From positions 1,224,667 through 1,288,666 of the forward strand of contig CAWCCZ010000003.1 in the NCBI GenBank assembly GCA_963794275.1: DNA of 64,000 bases, in the 5' to 3' direction. A program made the position numbers and the translations under genes. Of this stretch, positions 8,703 through 18,120 are shown one piece after another. The stretch comes from an uncultured Solirubrobacteraceae bacterium. Lineage in GTDB: Bacteria > Actinomycetota > Thermoleophilia > Solirubrobacterales > Solirubrobacteraceae. Numbering within the stretch: position 1 is the stretch's first letter; every line of letters starts with the position of its first letter. Below the pieces are notes generated by a model. That model saw only the letters and a program-made list of their open reading frames with translations. It ran no database searches and was not told the origin of the DNA.

Positions 8703-10007
8703 CTAAAAGCGGAATGTAACTCGCCAGAGCTTTTCGTTTCCGCTGGCCCCGTTCGCGGTCACCCGTACCTCGATGTTGTCATCTGCAGCCGCGGAGCCCG
8801 ACCCAGTGCCGGTTGAGCAGCCGTGCGGCGACGCGCTCGTGACCGTGCACGACAGCAGCGTCGCACCGGTCGTGTTATCGGTGACAGCAACGAGCACCGT
8901 GTCCGTGCCGCTAACTGTTGCGCTGGTGTCGGCGTATAGATCGGTCACCGTTGCTCCGTTGGCGGGCGTCGGCGCTAGACGGGTGCTGCTTGAGTAACCA
9001 GTCGTCTGAGGCGCGCAGGTGCCGTTTCCCGCAGGCCCGATGCTTGTGTACGCGAGACAGTGGCCGCTAAGCGTTTTCGTCCGGCTGGCGAACGTCGCAA
9101 TCGCTGTCTCTGTCGCTTCGGTATTGCAGCCGAGCTGTCCTTCGGAACTGACCCTGACGGCGCACGATGGGCTCGCAGTCGCGACTTGGTAGACGCCGGC
9201 GATGAAGGCTCGCGTCTGTTTGCCTTCGGCGCCAATTCGAGTGGTACCCTCCTCGCCCGGGGTGCCTTCGTTGGAGATCTCGATGTTGTTCGACCCAGTG
9301 GTGAGGTTCTTGCCGGCGCCCGTTCCAACCGCGACGTTGCCTGAACCCGTGGTGTTGGCGATCAACGTATCGACACCCTCGGCGACGTTGTTGTTGCCTT
9401 CCGTGTTGGCGTCGAGCGCGTCCACACCGGCTGCGATGTTGTTTTCGCCGACAGTGTTCGAGAACAGTGCTGTCGTGCCGAATGCCACGTTGCTGCTGCC
9501 CGTGACGTTCAACGCCAAAGAGCTGCTGCCGTCTGCCACGTTGTCGTGACCGGTCGCGTTCGAGAGCAGTGCGTTGCTACCAGTCGCGACATTTCGTTCG
9601 CCCGTCGTGTTCGAAATGAGTGCTTCGCTACCCACCGCTACGTCGTTGCTGCCTTCTGAGTTCGAGCGCAACGCGCTGAAGCCGTCCGCAACGTTCGCGC
9701 TTCCGGTGCTATCACCGAGAAGTGCTCGGCTGCCGTTTGCGACGTTGTCCTTGCCTGTCGTATCGAAGCTGAGCGCTTCCGCGCCGACGGCGACGTCCTG
9801 CCCGCCGATCACGTGGCTCCATTCGCAGTTGCCGTAATACAGATTGTCGAGACACAGATCTCCGAGACTGTCGGAGTAAGTCGGCGCGCCTGTGCTTTCA
9901 ATCTTCGCCTGGCTCACCCCGGTACCCAAAGCCAAAATCACGGTCGCTGTGGTGGTAGCCAGAGCTCCAGTCCGCCCCAGCGCCGAAAGTCCCCGAAAGC
10001 CCGACAT
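8703..10007 (-). CDS. Secreted protein with ~10 14-residue NVAxGxxAL repeats (YadA-head/beta-roll-like; module A cargo)
   Basis: GGGAGG SD; signal-like N-terminus; tandem repeats; Cys-containing beta-rich C-terminal domain. Confidence 0.75.
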   Translation of the reverse strand: MSGFRGLSALGRTGALATTTATVILALGTGVSQAKIESTGAPTYSDSLGDLCLDNLYYGNCEWSHVIGGQDVAVGAEALSFDTTGKDNVANGSRALLGDSTGSANVADGFSALRSNSEGSNDVAVGSEALISNTTGERNVATGSNALLSNATGHDNVADGSSSLALNVTGSSNVAFGTTALFSNTVGENNIAAGVDALDANTEGNNNVAEGVDTLIANTTGSGNVAVGTGAGKNLTTGSNNIEISNEGTPGEEGTTRIGAEGKQTRAFIAGVYQVATASPSCAVRVSSEGQLGCNTEATETAIATFASRTKTLSGHCLAYTSIGPAGNGTCAPQTTGYSSSTRLAPTPANGATVTDLYADTSATVSGTDTVLVAVTDNTTGATLLSCTVTSASPHGCSTGTGSGSAAADDNIEVRVTANGASGNEKLWRVTFRF

Positions 10008-10217
10008 CGCTAGACCTCCCCCAACCGGGGCGGGCCCGATGCTCCGCCCAATCGCCCAAGTCAATCACTTCGACCTCCAGCACGTGACACCGACGCATGG
10101 GACTCGAGCGTGGCGGCAGGGTTTCGCGGCGGCCACGCGCGCCAGACTGCATCGCGCCCCAGCATCGCCCTGCGGCTGAGTCTTGATGGCTTTGCTCAAG
10201 CGCGCGGGATGGTTGAG

Positions 10218-10289
10218 TGCCCCCGCCAGGAGTCGAACCTGGATTTACCGCTTAGGAGGCGGTCGTCTTATCCATTGGACTACGAGGGC
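10218..10289 (-). tRNA. tRNA-Arg(CCT)
   Basis: GCCCTCG-TA-GTCCAATGGATAAGAC-G-ACCGC-CTCCTAA-GCGGT-AAAT-CCAGG-TTCGACT-CCTGG-CGGGGGC-A folds as a cloverleaf; CCA is not encoded. Confidence 0.97.
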
Positions 10290-10392
10290 GCCGTTGGCCA
10301 GTTGCGGCCGCTCGGCCAGAGGCTAGCGGCGCCCGGCCGCGCCGTCACGGGCTGATAGCCATCGCGCCCGCGGCTCGGGCGCAACGCCGGTC

Positions 10393-10728
10393 TCAGCCCG
10401 CGCGCCGTTCCTCCTCCTCCACCGTGCGTTCGGCCGCCGGTAGCGCTTCGAGGCGAGCGTCGGGGATCGTCTGACCGCTCTCGACCGACAGCCCGTAGGT
10501 CCCGGCCGCGAGCCTGGCCTCCGCGCGGTCGATCGCCTCCAGATCCTCGCGGAGCTCTTCGCGGCGACCCACCGCAAGCTCATCCTCGTACAGGTTCTCC
10601 GAGCCGAGTTCGCCCGGCTCTCGTTGCTCGCCTCCCTCGAGCAGCCCGTCGCCCTGGAGTCCCGCGAGCTCCCGCTCGATGCGTGAGCGCTCGCGTGCCA
10701 GCAGCTCCCGGGCGTGCTGTGCGTCCAT
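10393..10728 (-). CDS. DksA/TraR family protein without cysteines
   Basis: Coiled coil followed by AEARLAAGTYGLSVESGQTIPDARLEALPAA. Confidence 0.75.
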   Translation of the reverse strand: MDAQHARELLARERSRIERELAGLQGDGLLEGGEQREPGELGSENLYEDELAVGRREELREDLEAIDRAEARLAAGTYGLSVESGQTIPDARLEALPAAERTVEEEERRAG

Positions 10729-10771
10729 TTCTGAAGGGTATTCGCTTACCGAGCCGTCGGTCGGCGAACCG

Positions 10772-11299
10772 CTAGGTGAGCGGTTCCGACGCGCTGCCCG
10801 TGCTCTCCGCCGCGAGCCGTTCGAGCGGCTCGCCGACGAGGCGGTGTGTGATCCAGGTGTCCAGCGTGCCGGCGCCGAGGCCACGGTAGAAGCCGAGCGC
10901 GAGCTCGTTCCAGTCGAGCGCACACCACTCCAGGCGCACGCCGCCGCGCTCGCGCAGACGCGCGGCGACCGCGGACAGCAGCGCGCGGCCGGCACCCTCG
11001 CCGCGATGCTCTGGACGCACGAAGAGGTCCTCCAACCAGATGCCCTCGGCGGCGAGGAAGCTCGAGAAGGTGGAAAAGAACACCGCATAGCCGATCGCCT
11101 CAGAGCCGCGCTGCGCGATCAGCGCCTCGGCCGCCGGACGCTCGCCGAACAGCGCGTCCGCCAGCTTCTCCTCGCTCGCGCTCAGCTCGCTCTCGAGCTG
11201 CTCGTACACCGCGAGCTCCCGAAACAGCTCGAGCAGCACGCTCACGTCCGCGGGAGTCGCAGGACGGACGACGAGCTGCTCGGCGTTAGAGGGAGACAT
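10772..11299 (-). CDS. GNAT N-acetyltransferase (SSAT-like)
   Basis: Motifs LEDLFVRPEHRGEGAG and LDWNELALGFY. Confidence 0.85.
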   Translation of the reverse strand: MSPSNAEQLVVRPATPADVSVLLELFRELAVYEQLESELSASEEKLADALFGERPAAEALIAQRGSEAIGYAVFFSTFSSFLAAEGIWLEDLFVRPEHRGEGAGRALLSAVAARLRERGGVRLEWCALDWNELALGFYRGLGAGTLDTWITHRLVGEPLERLAAESTGSASEPLT

Positions 11300-11300
11300 C

Positions 11301-11888
11301 TCAGGCGACCCTATCGGGGCGGTCGGGGTAGACGTCGTCGATCGTCGTGAGCGCCACGTAGGGGGCGCGTGCCCGCGCTTCGATCGCGGCCGCGCCTCCG
11401 GCGAGCCGGTCGAGCACGCTCACCACACCGCAGATCTCGTGACCGGCCTCGTGCAGGGCGTCGATCGCAGCGATCGTGGAACCCCCCGTAGTCACCACAT
11501 CCTCAACCACCACGCAGCGATCCCCGGCGTCGAGCTCCGGCCCCTCGATACGGCGTTGCAGTCCATGCGCCTTGACGTCCTTGCGGATGTAGAACGCCTT
11601 GGCGCGGGCTCCGCCGGCCAGCGCCGCGCATGCAACGGCGTCGGCGCCCATCGTCATACCGCCGACCGCGGTGCCACCCCAATCGCGGACCCGCGCCGCC
11701 AGCAGCACCGAGAGCGCCGCAAAGCCCTCCGGGCGCAGGATCGCACGCTTGGCGTCGACGTAGTACTCGGCGCGCCTGCCGCTCGTGAGCGTGACCTCGC
11801 CGATCACCAGAGCGTGAGCTCGCAGCTCATCGACCAGGCGCGCGCGGGCCGAGGAGGTGTGGGTCGTATGTTCGTCGACGCCATCCAC
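11301..11888 (-). CDS. pyrE: Orotate phosphoribosyltransferase
   Basis: Motifs LTSGRRAEYYVD, RKDVKAHG and PRPP motif VVEDVVTTGGS. Confidence 0.92.
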   Translation of the reverse strand: MDGVDEHTTHTSSARARLVDELRAHALVIGEVTLTSGRRAEYYVDAKRAILRPEGFAALSVLLAARVRDWGGTAVGGMTMGADAVACAALAGGARAKAFYIRKDVKAHGLQRRIEGPELDAGDRCVVVEDVVTTGGSTIAAIDALHEAGHEICGVVSVLDRLAGGAAAIEARARAPYVALTTIDDVYPDRPDRVA

Positions 11889-11909
11889 GCGGCAACCTAA
11901 TCTAGCGTT

Positions 11910-12302
11910 GTGCTCGGGCTCGCCCGCCTGATGAGGCTCGCCTCGATCGTGATCTGTCTGATCGTGGTCGTCTCCTTCACGGTGTTCGCCGTGGACCAGA
12001 CCGGCAACGCCTCAGACCACCAGCAGGAACAGCTGAGCGGCACTCCGGTCCACAACGGGTCGAGCCCCGCGGCGAGCACCTCGAGCGGCGCGCCTGCGCC
12101 GAGCGCAGCCACCCCCTCGCACGAGAGCGGTCTGCACAGGACGATCGACGACGTCTCGAATCAGCTCACCTCGCCGTTTTCGGGCGTGCTCTCGAGCAGC
12201 AGCAGCGAATGGGCGATTCGCGGCGTCAATGTGCTGTTCACGCTGCTCGTCTACGGCTTCGGTCTCGGCTACCTCGCGCGGGTGATCCGCGTGCGGGCCT
12301 AG
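11910..12302 (+). CDS. Hypothetical two-TM protein
   Basis: N- and C-terminal hydrophobic helices; TAATCT lies 6 nt before the GTG. Confidence 0.6.
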   Translation: MLGLARLMRLASIVICLIVVVSFTVFAVDQTGNASDHQQEQLSGTPVHNGSSPAASTSSGAPAPSAATPSHESGLHRTIDDVSNQLTSPFSGVLSSSSSEWAIRGVNVLFTLLVYGFGLGYLARVIRVRA

Positions 12303-12343
12303 CCGGCCCGCACGGCGCCGCCGACGACGGCGTCGGCCGCTCC

Positions 12344-13420
12344 TCAGGGGCCGGCGTTGCTGCGCACGTGAGTCGACCCGCCGCCTTCTTCGTTGTAGAC
12401 GTCGACAGGCGTCCCTTCGTGCACCCATGCATATACCGCGGGCGCATCGGGGATGGGGATTCGCAGACAGCCGTGGCTCGCCGCGTAGGTGGGCACTTCC
12501 GGATAGCCGTGAATCGCGTAACCGCGGATGAAGTAGTTGGAATCGACCATTCCCTCGGTGTTCACCCCAGGCGTCTTCATGTACACGCGAAAGCGTCCGA
12601 TGACCGTGGGGGTGGACGGCTTGCCCGAGCTCATCGTGTACAGCCTCACGACGCGACCGCCCGGCCCGATCTCGGCGAGCACCTGGCGGGTCAGGTTGCC
12701 CTCCACATGGCGGCCGTCGCGCCTGTAGCGGACATGAAAGCTGCCCGCACCGCGGGCGAGCCGTTCGAAAACGCCACGGCCCGCGTAGCCGGTGCGTTCG
12801 AGGCCGGTCATCTTGCGGTAGGCGATCACCGCGTTGGCCGTTCCTTCATCGAACACGCCCGACAGCGGAACCGCGTAGTGAAGGGCGTTCAGCTCCGACT
12901 GCAATAGCCGCACCGACGCCCCCGTCATCCCGGGGCCGAGGCTCGTGTGCACGTAGCTGATTTCCGGCGCGCTGCCAGCGAACTGCGCCTGCTGCGCCGT
13001 CGCGTAGTGCACCACGCGAACCTTGATCACGCCGGCTCGCCCGCTGCTGAAGCTGAAGTGGAACTTCCCCTTGCCGCCCGTGCCGGGCGTTACCGCGAGC
13101 TGCTCGACCACGATCTTCTGGCCATCGCGGTAGATGCTCACCTTGACCGTCTGGCCGTCCACGAACGGCGAGACGATTCCCTGGTAGGCGATCCGCTGAT
13201 CGACCATCGCAAACGGCGGGCTGCCGCCGGCTTTCTGCAACGACACCGACACCGCGCCCGCCGCGGGAGCCACAGGGGGGACTGGCGTGGGAGCGGTGGT
13301 GGGCGTCGTCGGCACCGGCGCGGTCGGCGTTTCCGCGAACGCTGGGGCGCCATGCGCCGCGAGAGTGAGCAACACGGCGAGGGGCGCGAGCGCGGCGCGG
13401 GAGACTCTCATTGCGCGCAC
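12344..13420 (-). CDS. L,D-transpeptidase (YkuD domain) with peptidoglycan-binding domain
   Basis: Signal peptide; PG-binding motif VRLLQ..L..GVFD..T..AV; catalytic AIHG...SHGCLR. Confidence 0.88.
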   Translation of the reverse strand: MRAMRVSRAALAPLAVLLTLAAHGAPAFAETPTAPVPTTPTTAPTPVPPVAPAAGAVSVSLQKAGGSPPFAMVDQRIAYQGIVSPFVDGQTVKVSIYRDGQKIVVEQLAVTPGTGGKGKFHFSFSSGRAGVIKVRVVHYATAQQAQFAGSAPEISYVHTSLGPGMTGASVRLLQSELNALHYAVPLSGVFDEGTANAVIAYRKMTGLERTGYAGRGVFERLARGAGSFHVRYRRDGRHVEGNLTRQVLAEIGPGGRVVRLYTMSSGKPSTPTVIGRFRVYMKTPGVNTEGMVDSNYFIRGYAIHGYPEVPTYAASHGCLRIPIPDAPAVYAWVHEGTPVDVYNEEGGGSTHVRSNAGP

Positions 13421-13424
13421 GATC

Positions 13425-14249
13425 CTATGCGTCCCACGCGACGAATGAAGGTGGTGAGGCGATCAACCCCAGCCGGCGAGCAGCGACCACGAGGCCGGCG
13501 ATCCCGGCCCACGATGCGATGAACAGCACTAGCCATCCTCCCACGCTGAAGTTTTCGAGGCTTGCGAAGGCGAGCGTGTTGTTCAGCGAATGCACCGCGA
13601 AGCACGGATACAGCGAGCCGGTGCCGCGATACAGCAGGCACAGCCCGAAGCCGAGCACCGCCAGCGGTACGAGGTCGAGTGCCGGCGCCGAGCCGGCGTG
13701 CACACCGCCGAACAGGACTCCGGTGATGAGCGCGGCCGGAAGCGTGCCGCTCCAGCCGCGCAGCGCGGTGAATATGTATCCGCGAAACAGGATCTCCTCG
13801 CATACCGGCGCGACCACGCACGTGATCAGCGCGCTCAGCACGAGCAGCGTTGCGCTGTCGCTGGAGCCGAGCTGTTCGAGGATCTTGTCTTCGCCGGGAT
13901 GAACGAGCTGCACCCACGCCTCGTCGAGGAGGATGAAGGCACCCAGCACGCCGAACACCATCATCACGACCGTGCGCAGGCGCACACTCGGCGGGCGCAG
14001 GCCAAGCTGCCACGCGTGAAAGGCGCGGCCGCCGAGATGCCCGCAGAACACGGCCGCGAGAATGAAGCCCACGTCCTGCACGAACGTGTCCGCGAGTGTG
14101 ATCCCGGGCGGAGTGTGGGAGCTCGTGATGCTGACACCCAGCGCTGCGGCAGGGATGTCGACGACGACTGCGCCCACGAACGCGAGCACAAGGCCGACGA
14201 TCAGCGCGACTGGCGCGGTCCACGCCGGCCACGGCCGGAACTCCTCCAC
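13425..14249 (-). CDS. CPBP family intramembrane glutamic endopeptidase (CAAX/Abi)
   Basis: Motifs EEILFRG, FGGVH and HSLNN. Confidence 0.88.
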   Translation of the reverse strand: MEEFRPWPAWTAPVALIVGLVLAFVGAVVVDIPAAALGVSITSSHTPPGITLADTFVQDVGFILAAVFCGHLGGRAFHAWQLGLRPPSVRLRTVVMMVFGVLGAFILLDEAWVQLVHPGEDKILEQLGSSDSATLLVLSALITCVVAPVCEEILFRGYIFTALRGWSGTLPAALITGVLFGGVHAGSAPALDLVPLAVLGFGLCLLYRGTGSLYPCFAVHSLNNTLAFASLENFSVGGWLVLFIASWAGIAGLVVAARRLGLIASPPSFVAWDA

Positions 14250-14251
14250 CG

Positions 14252-15763
14252 CTACGCCACCCAGTGCCAGGTGGCGAACTGGCCCACGAAGAAGATCATC
14301 AGCAACGTGGACGCGATCAGCACCGGCCACACTGCGCGCGGGCGCCTCGTGAGCCACGCCGCCAGACCAATGCTGAGCGGGAACAACACCACCATGTAGC
14401 GCGGCAGCGACATCAGGGGCTGCGCGGTCACGGGATAGGACAGCGGAAGCGCGAGCGCCGCCAGCACATACGCGCCGTAGGCGAACGGAAGCCTGCGAAA
14501 CACACCGAGCAGGAGGGGAACCGCGGCGATCAGGAAGGCGGCGTTCTCGAGGTTGTGCCCGGCGGCGATGAACGGACTGCCGAACGGCGCTTCGGGGAAG
14601 TACAGGTGCGCACGCTGGAAGGAGAGCAGCTGGCGGGCTCCCTCGAACGCCGCGCGCAGCCCGTCCCAGGCGCCCACGTATGGCCCCACGAAGTGCCTTC
14701 CCCATGCCTGCTCGGTGTGAAACGGGCCAAGGAAGTGGCCCCCGGAGAGAGCGAGCCAGCCGCCGTACAGCGCGAAGCCGGCGGGCAGCAAAGCAAGCCA
14801 CAGCATGTCCGCACGCGGGCGGTAGCGCGGCAACAGGCGCCGCGCGAACGCACCCGCCCAGGCGAAGTCCGCGGGACGGTCTGCACGCGGGCCATACAGG
14901 TAGAGCAGGAGCGCTGGCACCGCGAGCATCAGGCCGGTGCTGCGCGTCGCGCCGGCCAGCGCGCCCGCCACGCCCACCAGCGCCCAGCGGCCATGGCGTG
15001 CGCACCAGAAGAAAGCCACGGTGAGCGCGAGGTACAGCGACTCCGAATAGACCGCCGAGAAGAAGAGCGCCATCGGCGAGAAGGCGATCAGCAGCACCGC
15101 GAGGCGAGCGGTCCGCTCGGCAGCCGCCGTGCCCGTCCCGCGATGGCCGCCTTCTCCGGCGACGCTGCCAGCTCCGGCGAGCTCGAGCGTCGTGAGGCGG
15201 TGAATGCCGTACAGCGCGAGCGCGAACGCCGCGAGCGACACGAGCACGCCCGCGATGATCAGCGGCACGTAGGCGAGCGCAACGGCCCGCAGCACGAGCG
15301 GGTAGAGAGGGAAGTAGGCGGTTCGCGTCGCGGTCAGCGCGCCAAGGCTCGGCTCATAGCCCCAGTGCGCGATCACCAGGTACCAGTCGGAGTCCCAGCG
15401 CGCCACCGGGGAGACCAGGATGTCGCCGAGCCGCCCGAAGCCATGCGTAACGCCGGGCGGGTTGAACGCGTTGCGGGCAGGGCCGAAGCCGAAGCTCACG
15501 ACCGTGAGGACGCCCGCGACGAACACGAGCAGCCGCGAGCTCCACAGCGCGCGCCAGCTGTCACGCACCGCGGTCAGCTGTCCCGCGTCGAGCGCGTCGA
15601 GGCGAAGCGTCCTCGAGGCAAACCGGCGAATCGAGGCGGTCCGCCGCGCGCCTCGAGGCGGGGGATCCCCGGCCGCGGGGACGCGGCCGCCCGGGGAATT
15701 GCGGGGGAGAGCGCGCTCGCCTGCGCTCTCGACGATTGCCAGCTCGGCGGTGTCGGGGTTCAT
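14252..15763 (-). CDS. GT-C mannosyltransferase (PIG-V-like)
   Basis: Motifs RWDSDWY, YFPLYP, FFSAVYSESLY and RSTG; multi-TM. Confidence 0.85.
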   Translation of the reverse strand: MNPDTAELAIVESAGERALPRNSPGGRVPAAGDPPPRGARRTASIRRFASRTLRLDALDAGQLTAVRDSWRALWSSRLLVFVAGVLTVVSFGFGPARNAFNPPGVTHGFGRLGDILVSPVARWDSDWYLVIAHWGYEPSLGALTATRTAYFPLYPLVLRAVALAYVPLIIAGVLVSLAAFALALYGIHRLTTLELAGAGSVAGEGGHRGTGTAAAERTARLAVLLIAFSPMALFFSAVYSESLYLALTVAFFWCARHGRWALVGVAGALAGATRSTGLMLAVPALLLYLYGPRADRPADFAWAGAFARRLLPRYRPRADMLWLALLPAGFALYGGWLALSGGHFLGPFHTEQAWGRHFVGPYVGAWDGLRAAFEGARQLLSFQRAHLYFPEAPFGSPFIAAGHNLENAAFLIAAVPLLLGVFRRLPFAYGAYVLAALALPLSYPVTAQPLMSLPRYMVVLFPLSIGLAAWLTRRPRAVWPVLIASTLLMIFFVGQFATWHWVA

Positions 15764-15848
15764 GGGGTCCTACACCGAGCGTATAGACGCGCTGCGATGT
15801 TTACGGCAGGAAATCACAAGATGGCGCGGTAATCTCGAATTTCGCGAG

Positions 15849-18005
15849 ATGTCCCGACAGGCACGACAACGCCGCCGCAGGCACGGCGGCAGCACGGCCA
15901 CGCGTACGCTGCTCATCGTCGCAGGCGTGAGCGCCACGGCGCTTGCGATCGCAGCGGTCGCGGCGGTCGCCTATGTCGTCGGCGTGGTGCACGAAACGCC
16001 ACGGCTGTCATCGCTGCACGCGGCGCTGACCGGCGGCTCCTCGCAGGTTTACGCCGCCGACGGCACGCGCCTCGGCTTCATCCAGTCCGAAGAGCTTCGC
16101 AGTCCCGTGGGCTGGAGCGACATTCCGGCGAACCTGCGCAACGCGACGGTCGCAATCGAGGACCAGCGCTTCTACAAACACAGCGGCATCGACGTCACCG
16201 GCCTGTTCCGCTCGGCGATCAAGGACGTCACCAGCGGCTCGGCGCTGCAGGGAGGCTCGACGCTCGAGATGCAGCTCGTGCGAAACCTCTATCTCGGCAA
16301 CGACAACCGCACGCTGCACCAGAAGATCGAGGAGGCGAAGCTCGCGGTCGAATACGCCGAACGCCACAGCAAGCGCGAAATCCTCACCAACTACCTCAAC
16401 AGCGTCCCCTATGGCACGATCGGCGGGCAGACCGCGATCGGCGTGCAGGCGGCGGCGCGGATCTTCTTCGACAAACCCGCCTCCCAGCTGAACCTCGCGC
16501 AGGCAGCGCTGCTCGCGGGACTGCCGCAGGCGCCCTCCCAGTACAACCCGTTCCTCGACGCCTCCGCGGCCAGGGAACGGCGCAACGAGGTACTGAGCAA
16601 GATGGCCGAACTTCACTACGTCTCGGCCGCGCAGGCGTCCGCGGCGGAGGCTTCACCGCTGCAGGTGAAGTTGGGCAACTACTACTCCCAGCGACGCGAG
16701 AGCTTCTTCTTCGAATACGTGCGCCAGCAACTGATCAACCGCTACGGAAAGCGCACGGTCGAACAGGGTGGGCTGAAGGTCTACACGACTATCGACCTGC
16801 GCATGCAGGGACTCGCCCGCAAGGCAATCGCCGAAGTGCTCAACGAGCCGGGAGACCCGGCCGCCGCGATCGTGACGCTCAACCCGCACAACGGCGACAT
16901 CGAGGCGATGGCCGAGTCCAAGAGCTACAGCCAGTCACAGTTCAATCTCGCCGCCGACGGTCACCGCCAGCCCGGCTCGACGTTCAAGGCGATCGACCTC
17001 GCCGACGCGCTCTCGCGCGGCGTGGACCCCAACAGCACCTTCTACGTCTCCAAGGAACTCACCGAAGGCTGGCTGCCCGCGTACCCGACCTACCCGGTGA
17101 AAACGTTCGATGGCACCTACAAAGGGCGCATCAACCTGGTCCAGGCCACGCTCGCATCGGACAACACCGTCTACGCCCAGCTCGCGGCCGACCTGGGCGA
17201 GGAAACGATCACGCACATGGCCTACCAGATGGGCGTCAAGACGCACCTCTCGAGCCTCGCCGCGGAAGCGCTCGGTGGTCTGACCTACGGCGTGACCCCC
17301 CTTGAAATGTCGGTTGTCTACGCGACGCTCGCGGACGGCGGCTGGCGAAACGCGCCGATCGCGATCACCAAGGTCGTGTTTCCCAACGGTCACACCGACT
17401 CCAACTGGGGAACACCTCAGCGTGTGAAGGTGCTGAGCGAAGCGATCACGGGCGAGGAGAGCAACATCCTCCACCAGAACGTGCTCGGCGGCACCGCGGT
17501 GAACTCGGCCATCAACTGCCCGACCGCGGCCAAGACCGGGACAACGAGCGAACTCGCAGACGCGTGGCTCGACGGGTACAACTCGGAATTCTCGACCGTC
17601 GTGTGGATGGGCTATCCCAACAAACGCGTGCCGATGACAGACGTCCACGGTGAAGCGCAGCAGGGGGGCCGCCTGCCTGCGGTGATCTGGCACGACTACA
17701 TGTCGGCGGCCACCGAAGGGAAACCGTGCGCCCCGTTGAACACCTCGAGCGAAGGTATCTCCTACCGGCCGTTCTACGGCAAATTCGCTGCGACCGGAGA
17801 AGAAGCCGAACCGGAACCCATCCCCGGCTCACACGCGCACGGACACAAAGGGGCTGCCCATGGGCGCAAAGCTCCCCAGGAACGCGCGAGCATCGAAATA
17901 CAAGAAGCGCCGCCGCCTGCGGCAAAAGCACCGAGCGCACCCCCGCCACCCTCCTCGCCGCCCGGGCCGACCGTGAACAGAACAGGCGGCGCGGGACCGG
18001 GTTAG
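15849..18005 (+). CDS. Class A penicillin-binding protein (PBP1A-like)
   Basis: Transglycosylase motifs EDQRF and GGSTLEMQL; transpeptidase motifs STFK, SDN and KTG. Confidence 0.93.
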   Translation: MSRQARQRRRRHGGSTATRTLLIVAGVSATALAIAAVAAVAYVVGVVHETPRLSSLHAALTGGSSQVYAADGTRLGFIQSEELRSPVGWSDIPANLRNATVAIEDQRFYKHSGIDVTGLFRSAIKDVTSGSALQGGSTLEMQLVRNLYLGNDNRTLHQKIEEAKLAVEYAERHSKREILTNYLNSVPYGTIGGQTAIGVQAAARIFFDKPASQLNLAQAALLAGLPQAPSQYNPFLDASAARERRNEVLSKMAELHYVSAAQASAAEASPLQVKLGNYYSQRRESFFFEYVRQQLINRYGKRTVEQGGLKVYTTIDLRMQGLARKAIAEVLNEPGDPAAAIVTLNPHNGDIEAMAESKSYSQSQFNLAADGHRQPGSTFKAIDLADALSRGVDPNSTFYVSKELTEGWLPAYPTYPVKTFDGTYKGRINLVQATLASDNTVYAQLAADLGEETITHMAYQMGVKTHLSSLAAEALGGLTYGVTPLEMSVVYATLADGGWRNAPIAITKVVFPNGHTDSNWGTPQRVKVLSEAITGEESNILHQNVLGGTAVNSAINCPTAAKTGTTSELADAWLDGYNSEFSTVVWMGYPNKRVPMTDVHGEAQQGGRLPAVIWHDYMSAATEGKPCAPLNTSSEGISYRPFYGKFAATGEEAEPEPIPGSHAHGHKGAAHGRKAPQERASIEIQEAPPPAAKAPSAPPPPSSPPGPTVNRTGGAGPG

Positions 18006-18120
18006 GGAGCGATCGCGCGCACGTCAAGGACCGTTTCGGGGCACGCGCTGGTAGTTTGAGTCATATACGGCAAACAACGGCGGCCGCGATCGCGAGAGCG
18101 GCTGCCAGATGGGACTGGCG

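Larger units (their letters stand above)
325..10262. mobile_element. Tandem array of integrase-less modules at tRNA-Arg(CCT); extends beyond the left edge
   Basis: Four direct att-like repeats plus the intact tRNA; shared module-end arm; accessory cargo genes. Confidence 0.8.

Noticed and set aside
325-10262. CRISPR interpretation of the recurring ~45-bp repeat
   Set aside because: The spacing is kilobases, the repeat is a tRNA 3' half, and there are no cas genes.
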